A DNA stretch of 64,000 nucleotides, from contig CAZCRF010000006.1 of NCBI GenBank assembly GCA_964501065.1, positions 204 through 64,203 on the forward strand. Reading direction: 5' to 3'. This document shows positions 45,209 through 54,666 of this stretch, piece by piece. The stretch's first letter is position 1, and every line of letters begins with the position of its first letter. A program made the position numbers and the translations under genes. Source of the DNA: an uncultured Fibrobacter sp. (lineage in GTDB: Bacteria > Fibrobacterota > Fibrobacteria > Fibrobacterales > Fibrobacteraceae). The notes under the pieces were generated by a model. It was not told where the DNA came from and did not search any database. It saw nothing but the letters and a program-made list of their open reading frames with translations.

Positions 45209-48200
45209 ATGAAAAAACAGCTGAACCTAATCTCGATGGCAATCCTGTTCACGGCCGCTGCGGCGTTCTCGGACAGTTCCGACTCCATTACGGTGAACAC
45301 GCCGTACAACCCGGCGACGGGCATTTGGATCCAGCAGGTGGGCGATTTGTATCCTTCGGCCAGTACGGCGGATACGGTTTACTACACGCGTTACAGCGTA
45401 CAGCTTTCGGCGAAGGCGCTGGATTATTATTATGACGGAAACGGCTATTTGAAGCTTTCGAACAAAAGGCTCCTGTGCCGGACTCCCGGCGCGGACGGCA
45501 TCGTGGAGCACCCGGACGGGGACTTGCTCGTCGCCGGTCAAGAGAACAACGCCGTGTACAAAGTGGACAAGGCCGCTTCGGACACGGTGCAGTCGGCGTG
45601 CATCGTCAAAACGGCTCAATCGAAGGCGCGCTCGGCAACCTATCACTTGATGGTGAATCCGGACAATTCCGTACTGTGGTCGGCGGGCATTCCGGGGAAC
45701 TTGGTGTCCTATCGGATTGATTCGACGGCGGACAATAGGCTTGAGCAGATTCGCCAGGTCAAGATTTCCGGAGACATTTCGAACATCACGACAATCGTCT
45801 GGGATTCAAGCGGACAGGCGTTCTATACCCGATCGAGCAACTTGGGGACGATTTCCAAAAATTCTTCCAGCAACGCCCAATTCGGCATCATCGTCGACAC
45901 GACCTGCGCCGTGAATGAGAATCCCTGCCAGGCGAAGAACATCACCGGGCTGAAAACGAAAACCCTGATAGACTCCCTGAAGGGCGCCCACGGCGCAAGC
46001 TATGACGAATATTCCAATACGATTCTTTTGTTCGGCGATTCCCATATCGTGCAAATAGACCCCAGTTCCCGGAAGGTCGTTGCGGATGTCGATTTGCGCA
46101 AATATATGTTCCCCGACAGTTTGATGACCGGAAATTATTCCCCGAACGGGGCGGAAACATCTGGATATGCCATAAAAGGTTCTACTGAAATCCGTTGGCT
46201 GTTGGACCAGGGGACGGCGGACCACAAGGGGCACATCTTTGTCGCTTCGAATTCCGGACATTTGATTTTCCTCGATTACACGTCCAACGTGAACAAGCGG
46301 ATTGACAACAACATCTTGATTCACGTCCAATGGATTGACAATTACTTGGACGATTTGGCGCCGATTGCCGGTGCGGGTTCCAATCGCGCCCAGGCGAACA
46401 CGAATTCGGGAACTCTCGTCTCGTCGAATTCCCGCAGTTCTTCGAGCGTTTCCGTTTTCCATGAATCTTCGAGTTCTGCGGTGTCTTCCAGTTCCGGGAC
46501 GGGCGGCGGCTCTTCCAAGTCCAGTTCCAGCGGAAAGGGCTCTTCGAGCTCCGGGGTCGGCTCATCGGGCAGCGGCAACTCTTCCGGTTCGACGGGAGGC
46601 TCATCGGGCAGCGGCAACTCCTCGGGTTCGACGGGAAGTTCATCGGGCAGCGGCAACTCTTCCGGTTCGACGGGAGGCTCATCGGGCGGCGGCAACTCCT
46701 CGGGTTCGACGGGAGGCTCATCGGGCGGCGGCAACTCCTCGGGTTCGACGGGAGGCTCTTCGGGGTCGACCGGCAACGGGGATGAAGGCGGTTCGAGCTC
46801 TTCCGGTTCGGGAACGACAGGTTCTGGCGATGAATGGATTCCGCCTTGGGTCTCCGATTCGACCGTTTACGAGGGCTTTGACGATGAAGGCCAAGAAAAC
46901 CAGAATGGTGTCGATGTGTACCCGACGAACGACAAGCGCGACAAGGGCGACACCTTGGTGACGGAAGGTTCGAAGCTCATCCCGGTGACGTCGGATTCGG
47001 CGACGGGAAACACGATTACCATCAACGGCAACAAGTATGTGACGGGCGACGGCTCCCCGTCGACACTTCTCCCGAGTTACGGTTCGGATTCCGTTTCTTC
47101 GACGGGGCGTGAAAACGTCATCGTGGGCGACGTCATTTCCATCACGCTGGATGCGGACAAGCTGCGCGATTACTTCGGCGATGCCGATTCGATTTACATC
47201 TCCGGTTCGGACGGACTCCTCTTCATGGATCCGGAAAATCCGAGCGACCCGATGTCGAACGTGGCGGTGGGCGTCACCGGGAATGATCTTTCCATTTGGG
47301 TGACTGCGAAATCGGAAGTCTCCGTGGGAAGCATCTACATCACGGACAAGGACGGCCATCTGATCATCTTCGACGGCATCAACTTCTACGACCCGATTCC
47401 CAAGGCGGAAACGTCCTACATCCAGGATGCGGACGATGACGGCTTGCTCGATTCGATAGAAGTCATTTTGGCGGACACGATCCCCGCTGGAATTTCGGCG
47501 ACGGGACTCGCCGTGGTCGTGAACGGAGACACGCTTGAATTGAACAGCCCGCTGACTGTCGTCGGGTCGAGAATTTACGCAAGCGCGGCGGAACTGGGGC
47601 TTTCGGCGGACAGCTTCCCGGAGAACGCCCGCGTGATTGTCACCTACACGAGTGACGAAACGGGCGCCGTTTACAGCCGCGATGCGGAACTGTTGAGGCT
47701 CGGCTCCCACGTCATCAAGCAGGCTTACGCCATTCGCAGCACGAACGGTCGCGATTCGCTTTTCATCGAATTCAACATCGACATCATCCCCGCCGACTTG
47801 GGAAGCCCGGAAATGATCGTGTGGCTGAACGGCCTCGGCTTCGACTTGGATCAGGTGAGCGTCTATCTGCCGACGAAGAATACGCTCATCCTTGTCGGGG
47901 ATTCGCTTGCGCTGAACGGTTCGACGGATTACGTGACCCTTGCGCCGGGAGCCTCTTTTGAAAATCTTTCCTTCATCGCGACAGCGGAATACGACAGGCG
48001 CGTTCCCGTGACGGTCGTGGACCGCTACCCGGCGGCGAATCTAGTGGAATACTACGATGTCGACGGGGACGGCTCCATGGATTCCGTCGTGGTGCGCTTC
48101 TCGTCGAAGGTGACAGCCTCCGATATCGAGAACTTCTACTTCTCGTTCCCCTGGTACAGTTCTCGCGGTCTTTTGATTGAATTGCAGGCCTTGCCTAGGG

Positions 48201-49249
48201 ATTTGGTCTTGAGCGAGGACGGGCTGAGCGTGGGGTGGCGTGTCCGCAGCAACGTCAACGTGGCTTCCGGGCTGACGAGCATCGGCGTGGACATTCCCGC
48301 AGCGACCCTTTACACTTATTACGACATCTTCGGCAATACGTTCGTGTCTTCGCAGACCGTGGCGATTGCGGACAAGATGGCCCCCGTCGTCGTCGCCGCG
48401 TCCCTCCATTACGGCGAAAGCGATAAGCGGGACACGCTGACCGTGACCTTCTCCGAACCGGTGGATTACTCCTCCCTCTCCGGCAAGGATTTCTTCGCCT
48501 ACATCCACGGCAAGGATACGATCGACTTGAATCCGTCGAAGATGCTCTGGAGTGCAGATGGCAAGAGCGTCCGATTGGTGCTGGTGGAATCTACGGACGG
48601 CATAGTCCCGGGGGATTCCCTGATTGTCGTCCGCGGGAAAAAGTCCGCCATTGCCGATTCTTACGGGAATGAATCCGTGGAGAACGCTTCGCCTGTGGTG
48701 ATTGGCGGTTTGCTCGGGAAGATGGTCGAATCGGTGAAGATGGGCTTCTATGATCCGGAAAAGTACGTTTCCAATACGCTGAACTCGGTGTCGATTTCCT
48801 ATGTCTCGAACCAGACGCGGACTTCGGACTTGAGGGACGAAGGGACTCTCGGGCACTTGATTTCGCTGGGAGAACGGTTTGTTCCGCAGTTGATTGACGG
48901 CGCGAAGCTCGATGCGGACGGCAACTACGACCCGGCAGTCTTGGACAGCATCAACCCGGAAGACATCTTTGTGAATTTCAGCGTGAGCTACTTCGACAAC
49001 TTGGGCCAATACGTGACGGATACGACTTTCAACATTCCGTGCAACAGCCCGGCGTTCGGCGCTTCCCGGAACTGCTTGACGACGGACAAGAAGGTTTTCG
49101 TCAACTGGAATTACAAGGACCACACGGGTCGCTTGGTGGGTTCCGGAGTCTATATTGTCGAGTTCAAGCTGGTCGTCCGTTACAAGCAGAAAAAGGTCCA
49201 GGAAGAAATGCGCGATAAGTGGGGCGTTCGTCGCAAAAAGGCGAAGTAG
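45209..49249 (+). CDS. Large Fibrobacter-type secreted/surface protein (1346 aa): beta-propeller-like head, Ser/Gly linker, Ig-like repeats
   Basis: Signal peptide and propeller-like blades. DADDDGLLD, DVDGDGSMD and TVTFSEPVD. C-terminal WNYKDHTGRLVGSGVY...KWGV. Confidence 0.85.
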   Translation: MKKQLNLISMAILFTAAAAFSDSSDSITVNTPYNPATGIWIQQVGDLYPSASTADTVYYTRYSVQLSAKALDYYYDGNGYLKLSNKRLLCRTPGADGIVEHPDGDLLVAGQENNAVYKVDKAASDTVQSACIVKTAQSKARSATYHLMVNPDNSVLWSAGIPGNLVSYRIDSTADNRLEQIRQVKISGDISNITTIVWDSSGQAFYTRSSNLGTISKNSSSNAQFGIIVDTTCAVNENPCQAKNITGLKTKTLIDSLKGAHGASYDEYSNTILLFGDSHIVQIDPSSRKVVADVDLRKYMFPDSLMTGNYSPNGAETSGYAIKGSTEIRWLLDQGTADHKGHIFVASNSGHLIFLDYTSNVNKRIDNNILIHVQWIDNYLDDLAPIAGAGSNRAQANTNSGTLVSSNSRSSSSVSVFHESSSSAVSSSSGTGGGSSKSSSSGKGSSSSGVGSSGSGNSSGSTGGSSGSGNSSGSTGSSSGSGNSSGSTGGSSGGGNSSGSTGGSSGGGNSSGSTGGSSGSTGNGDEGGSSSSGSGTTGSGDEWIPPWVSDSTVYEGFDDEGQENQNGVDVYPTNDKRDKGDTLVTEGSKLIPVTSDSATGNTITINGNKYVTGDGSPSTLLPSYGSDSVSSTGRENVIVGDVISITLDADKLRDYFGDADSIYISGSDGLLFMDPENPSDPMSNVAVGVTGNDLSIWVTAKSEVSVGSIYITDKDGHLIIFDGINFYDPIPKAETSYIQDADDDGLLDSIEVILADTIPAGISATGLAVVVNGDTLELNSPLTVVGSRIYASAAELGLSADSFPENARVIVTYTSDETGAVYSRDAELLRLGSHVIKQAYAIRSTNGRDSLFIEFNIDIIPADLGSPEMIVWLNGLGFDLDQVSVYLPTKNTLILVGDSLALNGSTDYVTLAPGASFENLSFIATAEYDRRVPVTVVDRYPAANLVEYYDVDGDGSMDSVVVRFSSKVTASDIENFYFSFPWYSSRGLLIELQALPRDLVLSEDGLSVGWRVRSNVNVASGLTSIGVDIPAATLYTYYDIFGNTFVSSQTVAIADKMAPVVVAASLHYGESDKRDTLTVTFSEPVDYSSLSGKDFFAYIHGKDTIDLNPSKMLWSADGKSVRLVLVESTDGIVPGDSLIVVRGKKSAIADSYGNESVENASPVVIGGLLGKMVESVKMGFYDPEKYVSNTLNSVSISYVSNQTRTSDLRDEGTLGHLISLGERFVPQLIDGAKLDADGNYDPAVLDSINPEDIFVNFSVSYFDNLGQYVTDTTFNIPCNSPAFGASRNCLTTDKKVFVNWNYKDHTGRLVGSGVYIVEFKLVVRYKQKKVQEEMRDKWGVRRKKAK
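46559..46753 (+). repeat. Coding tandem repeat, 39 bp x 5, encoding GSSG(S/G)GNSSGSTG
   Basis: Unit ggctcatcgggcagcggcaactcttccggttcgacggga starts at 46559, 46598, 46637, 46676 and 46715 with few substitutions. Confidence 0.95.
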
Positions 49250-49264
49250 CCTCCGGGTCTTTCC

Positions 49265-49272
49265 TATATTTT
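49265..49272 (+). promoter_or_regulatory. Putative -7 promoter element TATATTTT, 4 nt before ATG 49277
   Basis: TATATTTT-CCAC-ATG with no SD. Confidence 0.5.
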
Positions 49273-49276
49273 CCAC

Positions 49277-50035
49277 ATGCTTCAAATTGGAAAAACGGAA
49301 ACGGCCTTGAATGCGGCAATCGAGCGTCGCGGAGCGCTTTTCGCCGTGCTGCTCGATCCCGACACCTCCGACGACACCGCCTTGCTGAAGGCGGGGACTC
49401 TGGCTGCGGAAAACGGCGCAGACCTTCTCCTCGTCGGCGGATCCTTCATGGGAAATTTCAAATTGCCGACCCAAGTGGCGGCTTTGAAGAAAGAAGTTCC
49501 CTTGCCGGTCATTTTGTTCCCCGGCGGGGCTTCGCAAGTCGTCCCCGGCTTTGACGCGATTCTTTTCACGACTCTTGTCTCGGGGAGGAATCCGAATTAT
49601 TTGATCGACGAACAGGTCCGCGGCGGCGTTCTCGTGCGGTCCTTGGGAATGGAGGCGATTCCGACCGCCTATGAATTGATAAACAGCGGCAAGCGCACTG
49701 CGGTCGAATATATCAGCAACACGACTCCCGTCCCGGCGAACAAGCCGAAGCTCTCGATGGTACATTCCATCGCGGCGGAACTCATGGGAATGCGGTTCGT
49801 CTATCTCGAAGCGGGTTCCGGTGCGGAGACGCCGGTTCCCGTGGAGCACATCCTCTATACGCGGAAGGCGACGCAGCTCACGATTATCACGGGCGGAGGC
49901 ATCCGGGATCCGGAGTCGGCAAAAGCGCGCGTCGCCGCCGGTGCGCAAATCATCGTCACGGGGACTCTTTGGGAAAAGGTGAAGGATGCCGGTCTTTTAA
50001 AGGAGTTCGCTTCGGCGATTCACGTGAAGGGCTGA
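49277..50035 (+). CDS. Geranylgeranylglyceryl/heptaprenylglyceryl phosphate synthase family protein (group II-like)
   Basis: VLLDPD, LVGGS, LFPG, LVSGRNPNYLI, PTAYELINSG, VYLEAGSGA, GGGIRD and IVTG motifs. Confidence 0.92.
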   Translation: MLQIGKTETALNAAIERRGALFAVLLDPDTSDDTALLKAGTLAAENGADLLLVGGSFMGNFKLPTQVAALKKEVPLPVILFPGGASQVVPGFDAILFTTLVSGRNPNYLIDEQVRGGVLVRSLGMEAIPTAYELINSGKRTAVEYISNTTPVPANKPKLSMVHSIAAELMGMRFVYLEAGSGAETPVPVEHILYTRKATQLTIITGGGIRDPESAKARVAAGAQIIVTGTLWEKVKDAGLLKEFASAIHVKG

Positions 50036-50087
50036 CTTTTTCCCTTCAAAATGAGTATTTTTCAAAGGGTTCGCCCCGGAGTTCTTC

Positions 50088-50324
50088 ATGGATAAAAAAA
50101 TCGTTGTGACATTTCTCTTCCGCTTGGTCGGCGTCGTCTTGGTCTTGATGTACTTTTTCGGGCATCCGCTGCTCAATCGCCTGTTTCCCGGATTCCCCGT
50201 CTCTTCCCTGAACTACTTCTTTTACGCGGGGCTAGGCTTTTACCTCGTCGGGGCCGTTCTCTATTACGTCTTCCGGCGGAACATCGTGAAGAAAATTGCC
50301 CGGGAAGAAGAGGACGACCGATGA
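50088..50324 (+). CDS. Small two-TM membrane protein
   Basis: Two hydrophobic helices. Overlaps the next ATG by 4 bp. Confidence 0.75.
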   Translation: MDKKIVVTFLFRLVGVVLVLMYFFGHPLLNRLFPGFPVSSLNYFFYAGLGFYLVGAVLYYVFRRNIVKKIAREEEDDR

Positions 50325-51235
50325 TTCAGGTCGAAAATCTCCAGAAGACCTATCGCACGGGCTTTCTGATGCGGGTGAAAAAGGCTCTTTCGGATGTTTC
50401 GTTCCGCGTCCCGAAGGGTTGCATCTATGGATTCATCGGACCGAACGGCGCGGGGAAATCGACGACCATCAAGCTCCTCACCGGTCTTTTGCACAAGGAT
50501 TCCGGGAAAATTCTCGTCGGAGGGGAAGAGCCGTCGACGGTGGAATGCCGCAGGCATTTGGGATATTCCCCCGAACAGCCTTACTTTTACGACTATCTCT
50601 CCGGGCGCGAGCTGATGCGCTTTTACGGCAGGCTTTCCGGCCTTTCCGGGGAACTTTTGGAAAGTCGGGTCTCGTGGGCGCTTTCGCTTTTGAATGCGGA
50701 CAAGGATTGGACGAATCGCCGCCTGCGCACTTATTCGAAGGGGATGATGCAGCGCATCGGAATCGCCCAGGCGATTCTTGCTAAGCCGGAACTTTTGATT
50801 CTCGATGAACCGATGAGCGGTCTGGATCCGGTGGGGCGCAAGGACGTCCGCGAGGCGATTCTCTCCTTGAACCGCGAGGGGGTCACCGTCTTCTATTCCA
50901 GCCATTTGCTGTCGGACGTGGAAACGATCAGCCACCGCGTCGCGATGATTGTCGGCGGGCGTATTGTCCGCGAGGGGACTGTCGATGACATCACGGCGAA
51001 CGCGTCTGCGGAATATCACGTGCATGTGTCGGCGGACATCCCCGTGTCGGACGTGCCTTGCGGGGTGAAGCCCCTGGGGACGACTCCTCGGGAATGGGTT
51101 TGCCAAGACGCTGCCGCGCGGGATGCCTTTTTGGATTATTGCTTGAAGTCCGGACTGCCCGTGGAGCGCATCGAACACCAGAGACCTAGCCTTGAAGATG
51201 TCTTGACGGAGGAAATCGCCCGTGCGGAACATTGA
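50321..51235 (+). CDS. ABC transporter ATP-binding protein (PilH-like)
   Basis: GPNGAGKST, YSKGMMQR, LILDEPMSGLDP and SSH. Confidence 0.93.
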   Translation: MIQVENLQKTYRTGFLMRVKKALSDVSFRVPKGCIYGFIGPNGAGKSTTIKLLTGLLHKDSGKILVGGEEPSTVECRRHLGYSPEQPYFYDYLSGRELMRFYGRLSGLSGELLESRVSWALSLLNADKDWTNRRLRTYSKGMMQRIGIAQAILAKPELLILDEPMSGLDPVGRKDVREAILSLNREGVTVFYSSHLLSDVETISHRVAMIVGGRIVREGTVDDITANASAEYHVHVSADIPVSDVPCGVKPLGTTPREWVCQDAAARDAFLDYCLKSGLPVERIEHQRPSLEDVLTEEIARAEH

Positions 51236-52025
51236 AAATATCGGAATCATCGCCCTGAACACTTTTCGGGAATCCGCCCGGAACAAAGTCCTCTACAACA
51301 TCGTCTTTTTGGCGGTCGCTTTGGCGTTCTTCAGCATTTTGCTCGGCGAGTGGTCCGTTTTCGACAGGTCTTACGTCATCAAGTCGACGACTCTCAGCAT
51401 CATGTCCCTGTCGGGGCTATTGATTTCCGTTTTCGTGGGAATCAGCCTTGTCCAAAAGGAAATCCAGGGGCGGACAGTACTCACTCTCCTTTCGAAGCCC
51501 ATCAGCCGCGCGGTTTTCATCGTGGGCAAGTATCTCGGGCTTTTGGCTGTCATCGCCGTCCATCTGGCTCTGCTCACCGTTGTCTATTATGTCATTCTGG
51601 CGCTCACGCATTCGAATCCGACTCTCTCCCTGTTGTTGGCTGTCTACATGGTCTTTTGCGAAATGGCGATAGTCATCGCCGTCGCGCTTTTGTTCTCGAC
51701 GTTTTCTAGCCCCGTGCTCTCGGCTCTTTTCACGATTGGCGTTTATGCGGCGGGGAGGCTTTCCGGCGAATTGATGGAGCAGGTGCATTTCGTCCGCCGG
51801 ATGGGGGAGGTCAACGGTTCTAGCGGCGTTTTCTTGGAAAAGGTGGCGGAAGTCGTCCATGCCGTTTTCCCCGGGTTGTATCGGTTCGACATTTCCGCTT
51901 ACGTGGTGCACGGGGTTGCCCTGCCGGATTTTTACGTCTTTTGGAACAGCCTTTATGCGCTCGGTTACATCGGCGTGTTTTTGGCGGTCGCCTCTTGGTG
52001 GTTCAGTCGTAGGGATTTCGTATGA
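51222..52025 (+). CDS. ABC-2 type permease (PilI-like)
   Basis: Six TMs. ALNTFRESARNKVLY and EIQGRTVLTLLSKPISR patterns. Confidence 0.88.
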   Translation: MRNIENIGIIALNTFRESARNKVLYNIVFLAVALAFFSILLGEWSVFDRSYVIKSTTLSIMSLSGLLISVFVGISLVQKEIQGRTVLTLLSKPISRAVFIVGKYLGLLAVIAVHLALLTVVYYVILALTHSNPTLSLLLAVYMVFCEMAIVIAVALLFSTFSSPVLSALFTIGVYAAGRLSGELMEQVHFVRRMGEVNGSSGVFLEKVAEVVHAVFPGLYRFDISAYVVHGVALPDFYVFWNSLYALGYIGVFLAVASWWFSRRDFV

Positions 52026-53641
52026 TGACGCACAACCAAATCATGGCAAAGGTCTTGTTTTCGAACGGCCTTGTGTCCGAAAAGCAGGTCCAGGAGTTTT
52101 GGCCGAAAATCGATGCGGCGCACAGCTTGGGCGACTTGCTCTTGCAAGCGGGAGTCATCGACCGGGCGACTTATGACGCCGTTTTGCAATACGTGAAAAA
52201 CTTGGAAGAGAAGCTCTCCGCAGCGGAAAGGGAAAAATCCGGTCCAGCGGAAAAGCCCCATTCCGCCTTTGAACGCCCGACTCCGAAAACCTCGCCGAAA
52301 CCCGTGCCCCGTCCGGAAATCAGCCGGGAAGAGGCGACTCCCGCAGCGGAAAAGCCTTTTGCCGTCGAAGGGAATAATCCATACGGCTCCTCGCCGACGT
52401 CGCACGTCGAAGTGGAAGCGGTCGAAGGGCTTGAACAGACGGCCATTGCGCCGGGCATTTCCCCGGAAGAGAATGCTTCGCCGGAAGGGGAAAATCCCGA
52501 GGAGGACTTGCCGAAAAGGTTCGAAGTGGAAAGTGGTGACGGGGCGGTCTCCATCCCCGAAGCGTTGACGGAGAAGAATTCGCTCGCCCAGATTTTGGCC
52601 TTTGCCCGCAAGGCCCGCGCCACGGACGTCTATCTTTCCCCGTCGTCGCCTGTCGCCTTGCGCATTTTCGGGAGGTTGCACTATGCGACGGAAAAGCCCT
52701 TCTCGGCGAAAACTTTGTCGAAATGGCTCTCCGAAGCGCAAAAGGGGTTTGCCGACGGCTATGAGCCGGAAGTGGGGAAGGATTTCAGCAAGTCCTTTGC
52801 CGTGGAAGGCGCGGGGCGAAGCCGTCTGACGCTCATTTGGGAAGATTCCGTCCCGACTCTCGCCTTTCGGTTGATTCCCGCCGATACTGTCTCGTGGGAG
52901 AATCTTTTTCTTCCGCCTTTCGCGTCGGACTTTTTGAATTTGCCTCACGGGCTGCTGTTAATCGCAGGTCCTTCGGGGAGTGGGCGTTCCACGACACTTT
53001 CTTCCTTTGGCGAAGCCATTTCCAGGAGTCGGGACGTCTTGATTGAATCCATCGAAAAGCCGATTGAACGTTTGCTGAAAAATGCCGGCGGGCTGACAGT
53101 CCAGAAAGAAGTGGGGCTGCACGTCCATTCGGGAGTTTCCGCCGTGAACGAGGCCGTGCGCGACGGGGCGAACGTCATTTTGTTCGACCATTTGGAATCG
53201 ATTGACGAATTGTGGGCGCTGCTTCGGGCGTCTTCCGCCGGAGCCTTGGTGATTGCCGTGGCGACGGGGAGCGATGTGCACGGCTTGCTTTCGAGACTTT
53301 TGAGCTCGGCGGGAAGCGGGGAAGAGGAGCTGGCGGCCGCCCTTGCCGACGAATTGAAGGGCGTCGTGGTACAGCACCTGATTCCCGTCATCGATTACAG
53401 CGGCTGGGTCTTGGCGACGGAGGCGTTCCGGATGACGACATCCATTTCGGGGCTTGTCCGTTCGAGGAATTTGATTCAAATACCGGCTGCATTGGCCAAC
53501 GACAAGAACCAGGCGCAGACCTTGGACGATTCCTTGCAGGGTTTGGTGGAAGCCGGCTATATCCGCGGGGAAGAAGCGTGGCAGCGTTCCCTGAACCGCC
53601 GCCGTTTTGCCGCTTACCGTCCCAAGGACAGGAGAACTTGA
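52022..53641 (+). CDS. Degenerate PilT/PilU-like ATPase with N-terminal MshEN-like domain and Pro/Glu-rich linker
   Basis: ATDVYL, LAFRLIP, GPSGSGRSTT, IESIEKPIE, QKEVG and QTLDDSLQGLV follow the PilT layout. Walker B and His-box are altered. Confidence 0.75.
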   Translation: MMTHNQIMAKVLFSNGLVSEKQVQEFWPKIDAAHSLGDLLLQAGVIDRATYDAVLQYVKNLEEKLSAAEREKSGPAEKPHSAFERPTPKTSPKPVPRPEISREEATPAAEKPFAVEGNNPYGSSPTSHVEVEAVEGLEQTAIAPGISPEENASPEGENPEEDLPKRFEVESGDGAVSIPEALTEKNSLAQILAFARKARATDVYLSPSSPVALRIFGRLHYATEKPFSAKTLSKWLSEAQKGFADGYEPEVGKDFSKSFAVEGAGRSRLTLIWEDSVPTLAFRLIPADTVSWENLFLPPFASDFLNLPHGLLLIAGPSGSGRSTTLSSFGEAISRSRDVLIESIEKPIERLLKNAGGLTVQKEVGLHVHSGVSAVNEAVRDGANVILFDHLESIDELWALLRASSAGALVIAVATGSDVHGLLSRLLSSAGSGEEELAAALADELKGVVVQHLIPVIDYSGWVLATEAFRMTTSISGLVRSRNLIQIPAALANDKNQAQTLDDSLQGLVEAGYIRGEEAWQRSLNRRRFAAYRPKDRRT

Positions 53642-53642
53642 A

Positions 53643-54650
53643 ATGGCAGACGTCTTGGACAGCGTTTTGGAATACGCCCTGCAAATCGGCGCCACGGATT
53701 TGATTTTGGCCGAGGGCTTTGCTCCGGCCGTGCGGATGGCTGGGTTTGTGCGAGCCATTCCCGATGCGCCGAGCCTTGCCTTTGGCGACCTTTCCCGTTT
53801 TTTGGAAAATTTGAACGGGGACTGCGGAATGTTTCGCGGCGGCCCTTGGTGCGGCGTGGAATGGCGTGTGCGCTATTCCCGGGAAGCGTTCGGGATGATG
53901 TCCCTTCTGCATCCGATCGGGGCCGCTTCCCCGAAGCTTTCCGCCTTGGCCGCCCCGGAATCCGTGAGAAGCTTGATCGGCGCGGGGGCGGGACTTGTCC
54001 TTTTTGCGGGACCGACTTCTTGCGGAAAGACGACGACGGCATCCGCTTATGTCTCGGAGCTTTGCTCGCAACGGGATCTTCGCGTCGGACTCTTGGATGC
54101 GTTCCCGGAATACGTCATTGAAGAAGGGAATTGCCTTGTCCGGCATCGGCGGCAAAATGCCGGCTTGGAAGAGGAACTGGTCCAAGGCATTCGTGCGGGG
54201 ACGGATCTCTTTTGGCTGGGGGACTTGGATCCGGAACTTTCCATCCCCGCTCTTCGCGCTGCGGAATCCGGGGCGCTTGTCGTCGCCACGGTCAACGCCT
54301 GCAGTGCAAAGGACGTCCTGAGCCACTTGCTTTCCGCAGAAAGTCCAGATGACAAGCCTCTTGCCCGTACGCTGCTCTCGGCGAACTTGAAGGCAATCGT
54401 TTCGGAGCGTCTGATTCTATTGGCGGACGGTTCCGGGCTCGCGCCCGCGTGGGAAGTCCTTTATAACGACACGGGCATTTCCCAACTGATTGAATCCGGG
54501 GAATACCACCGCATTCCGCAGGCGATGCGTTCCGCCGTTTCCGAGGGGATGCTGCCATTGGACGACTCCCTTTTTGAACTTGTCCGGGAAAACCGCATTT
54601 CGAAAGAGGTCGCGAGAATTTACGCTTTCGACGAATCGCGCTTCTTGTAA
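53643..54650 (+). CDS. Degenerate PilT/PilU-like ATPase
   Basis: GATDLIL, GPTSCGKTTT, FPEY and MLPLDDSLFELV. Walker B region reads DLFWLGDLD. Confidence 0.78.
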   Translation: MADVLDSVLEYALQIGATDLILAEGFAPAVRMAGFVRAIPDAPSLAFGDLSRFLENLNGDCGMFRGGPWCGVEWRVRYSREAFGMMSLLHPIGAASPKLSALAAPESVRSLIGAGAGLVLFAGPTSCGKTTTASAYVSELCSQRDLRVGLLDAFPEYVIEEGNCLVRHRRQNAGLEEELVQGIRAGTDLFWLGDLDPELSIPALRAAESGALVVATVNACSAKDVLSHLLSAESPDDKPLARTLLSANLKAIVSERLILLADGSGLAPAWEVLYNDTGISQLIESGEYHRIPQAMRSAVSEGMLPLDDSLFELVRENRISKEVARIYAFDESRFL

Positions 54651-54666
54651 CGCGTGAAGAGGCTGC

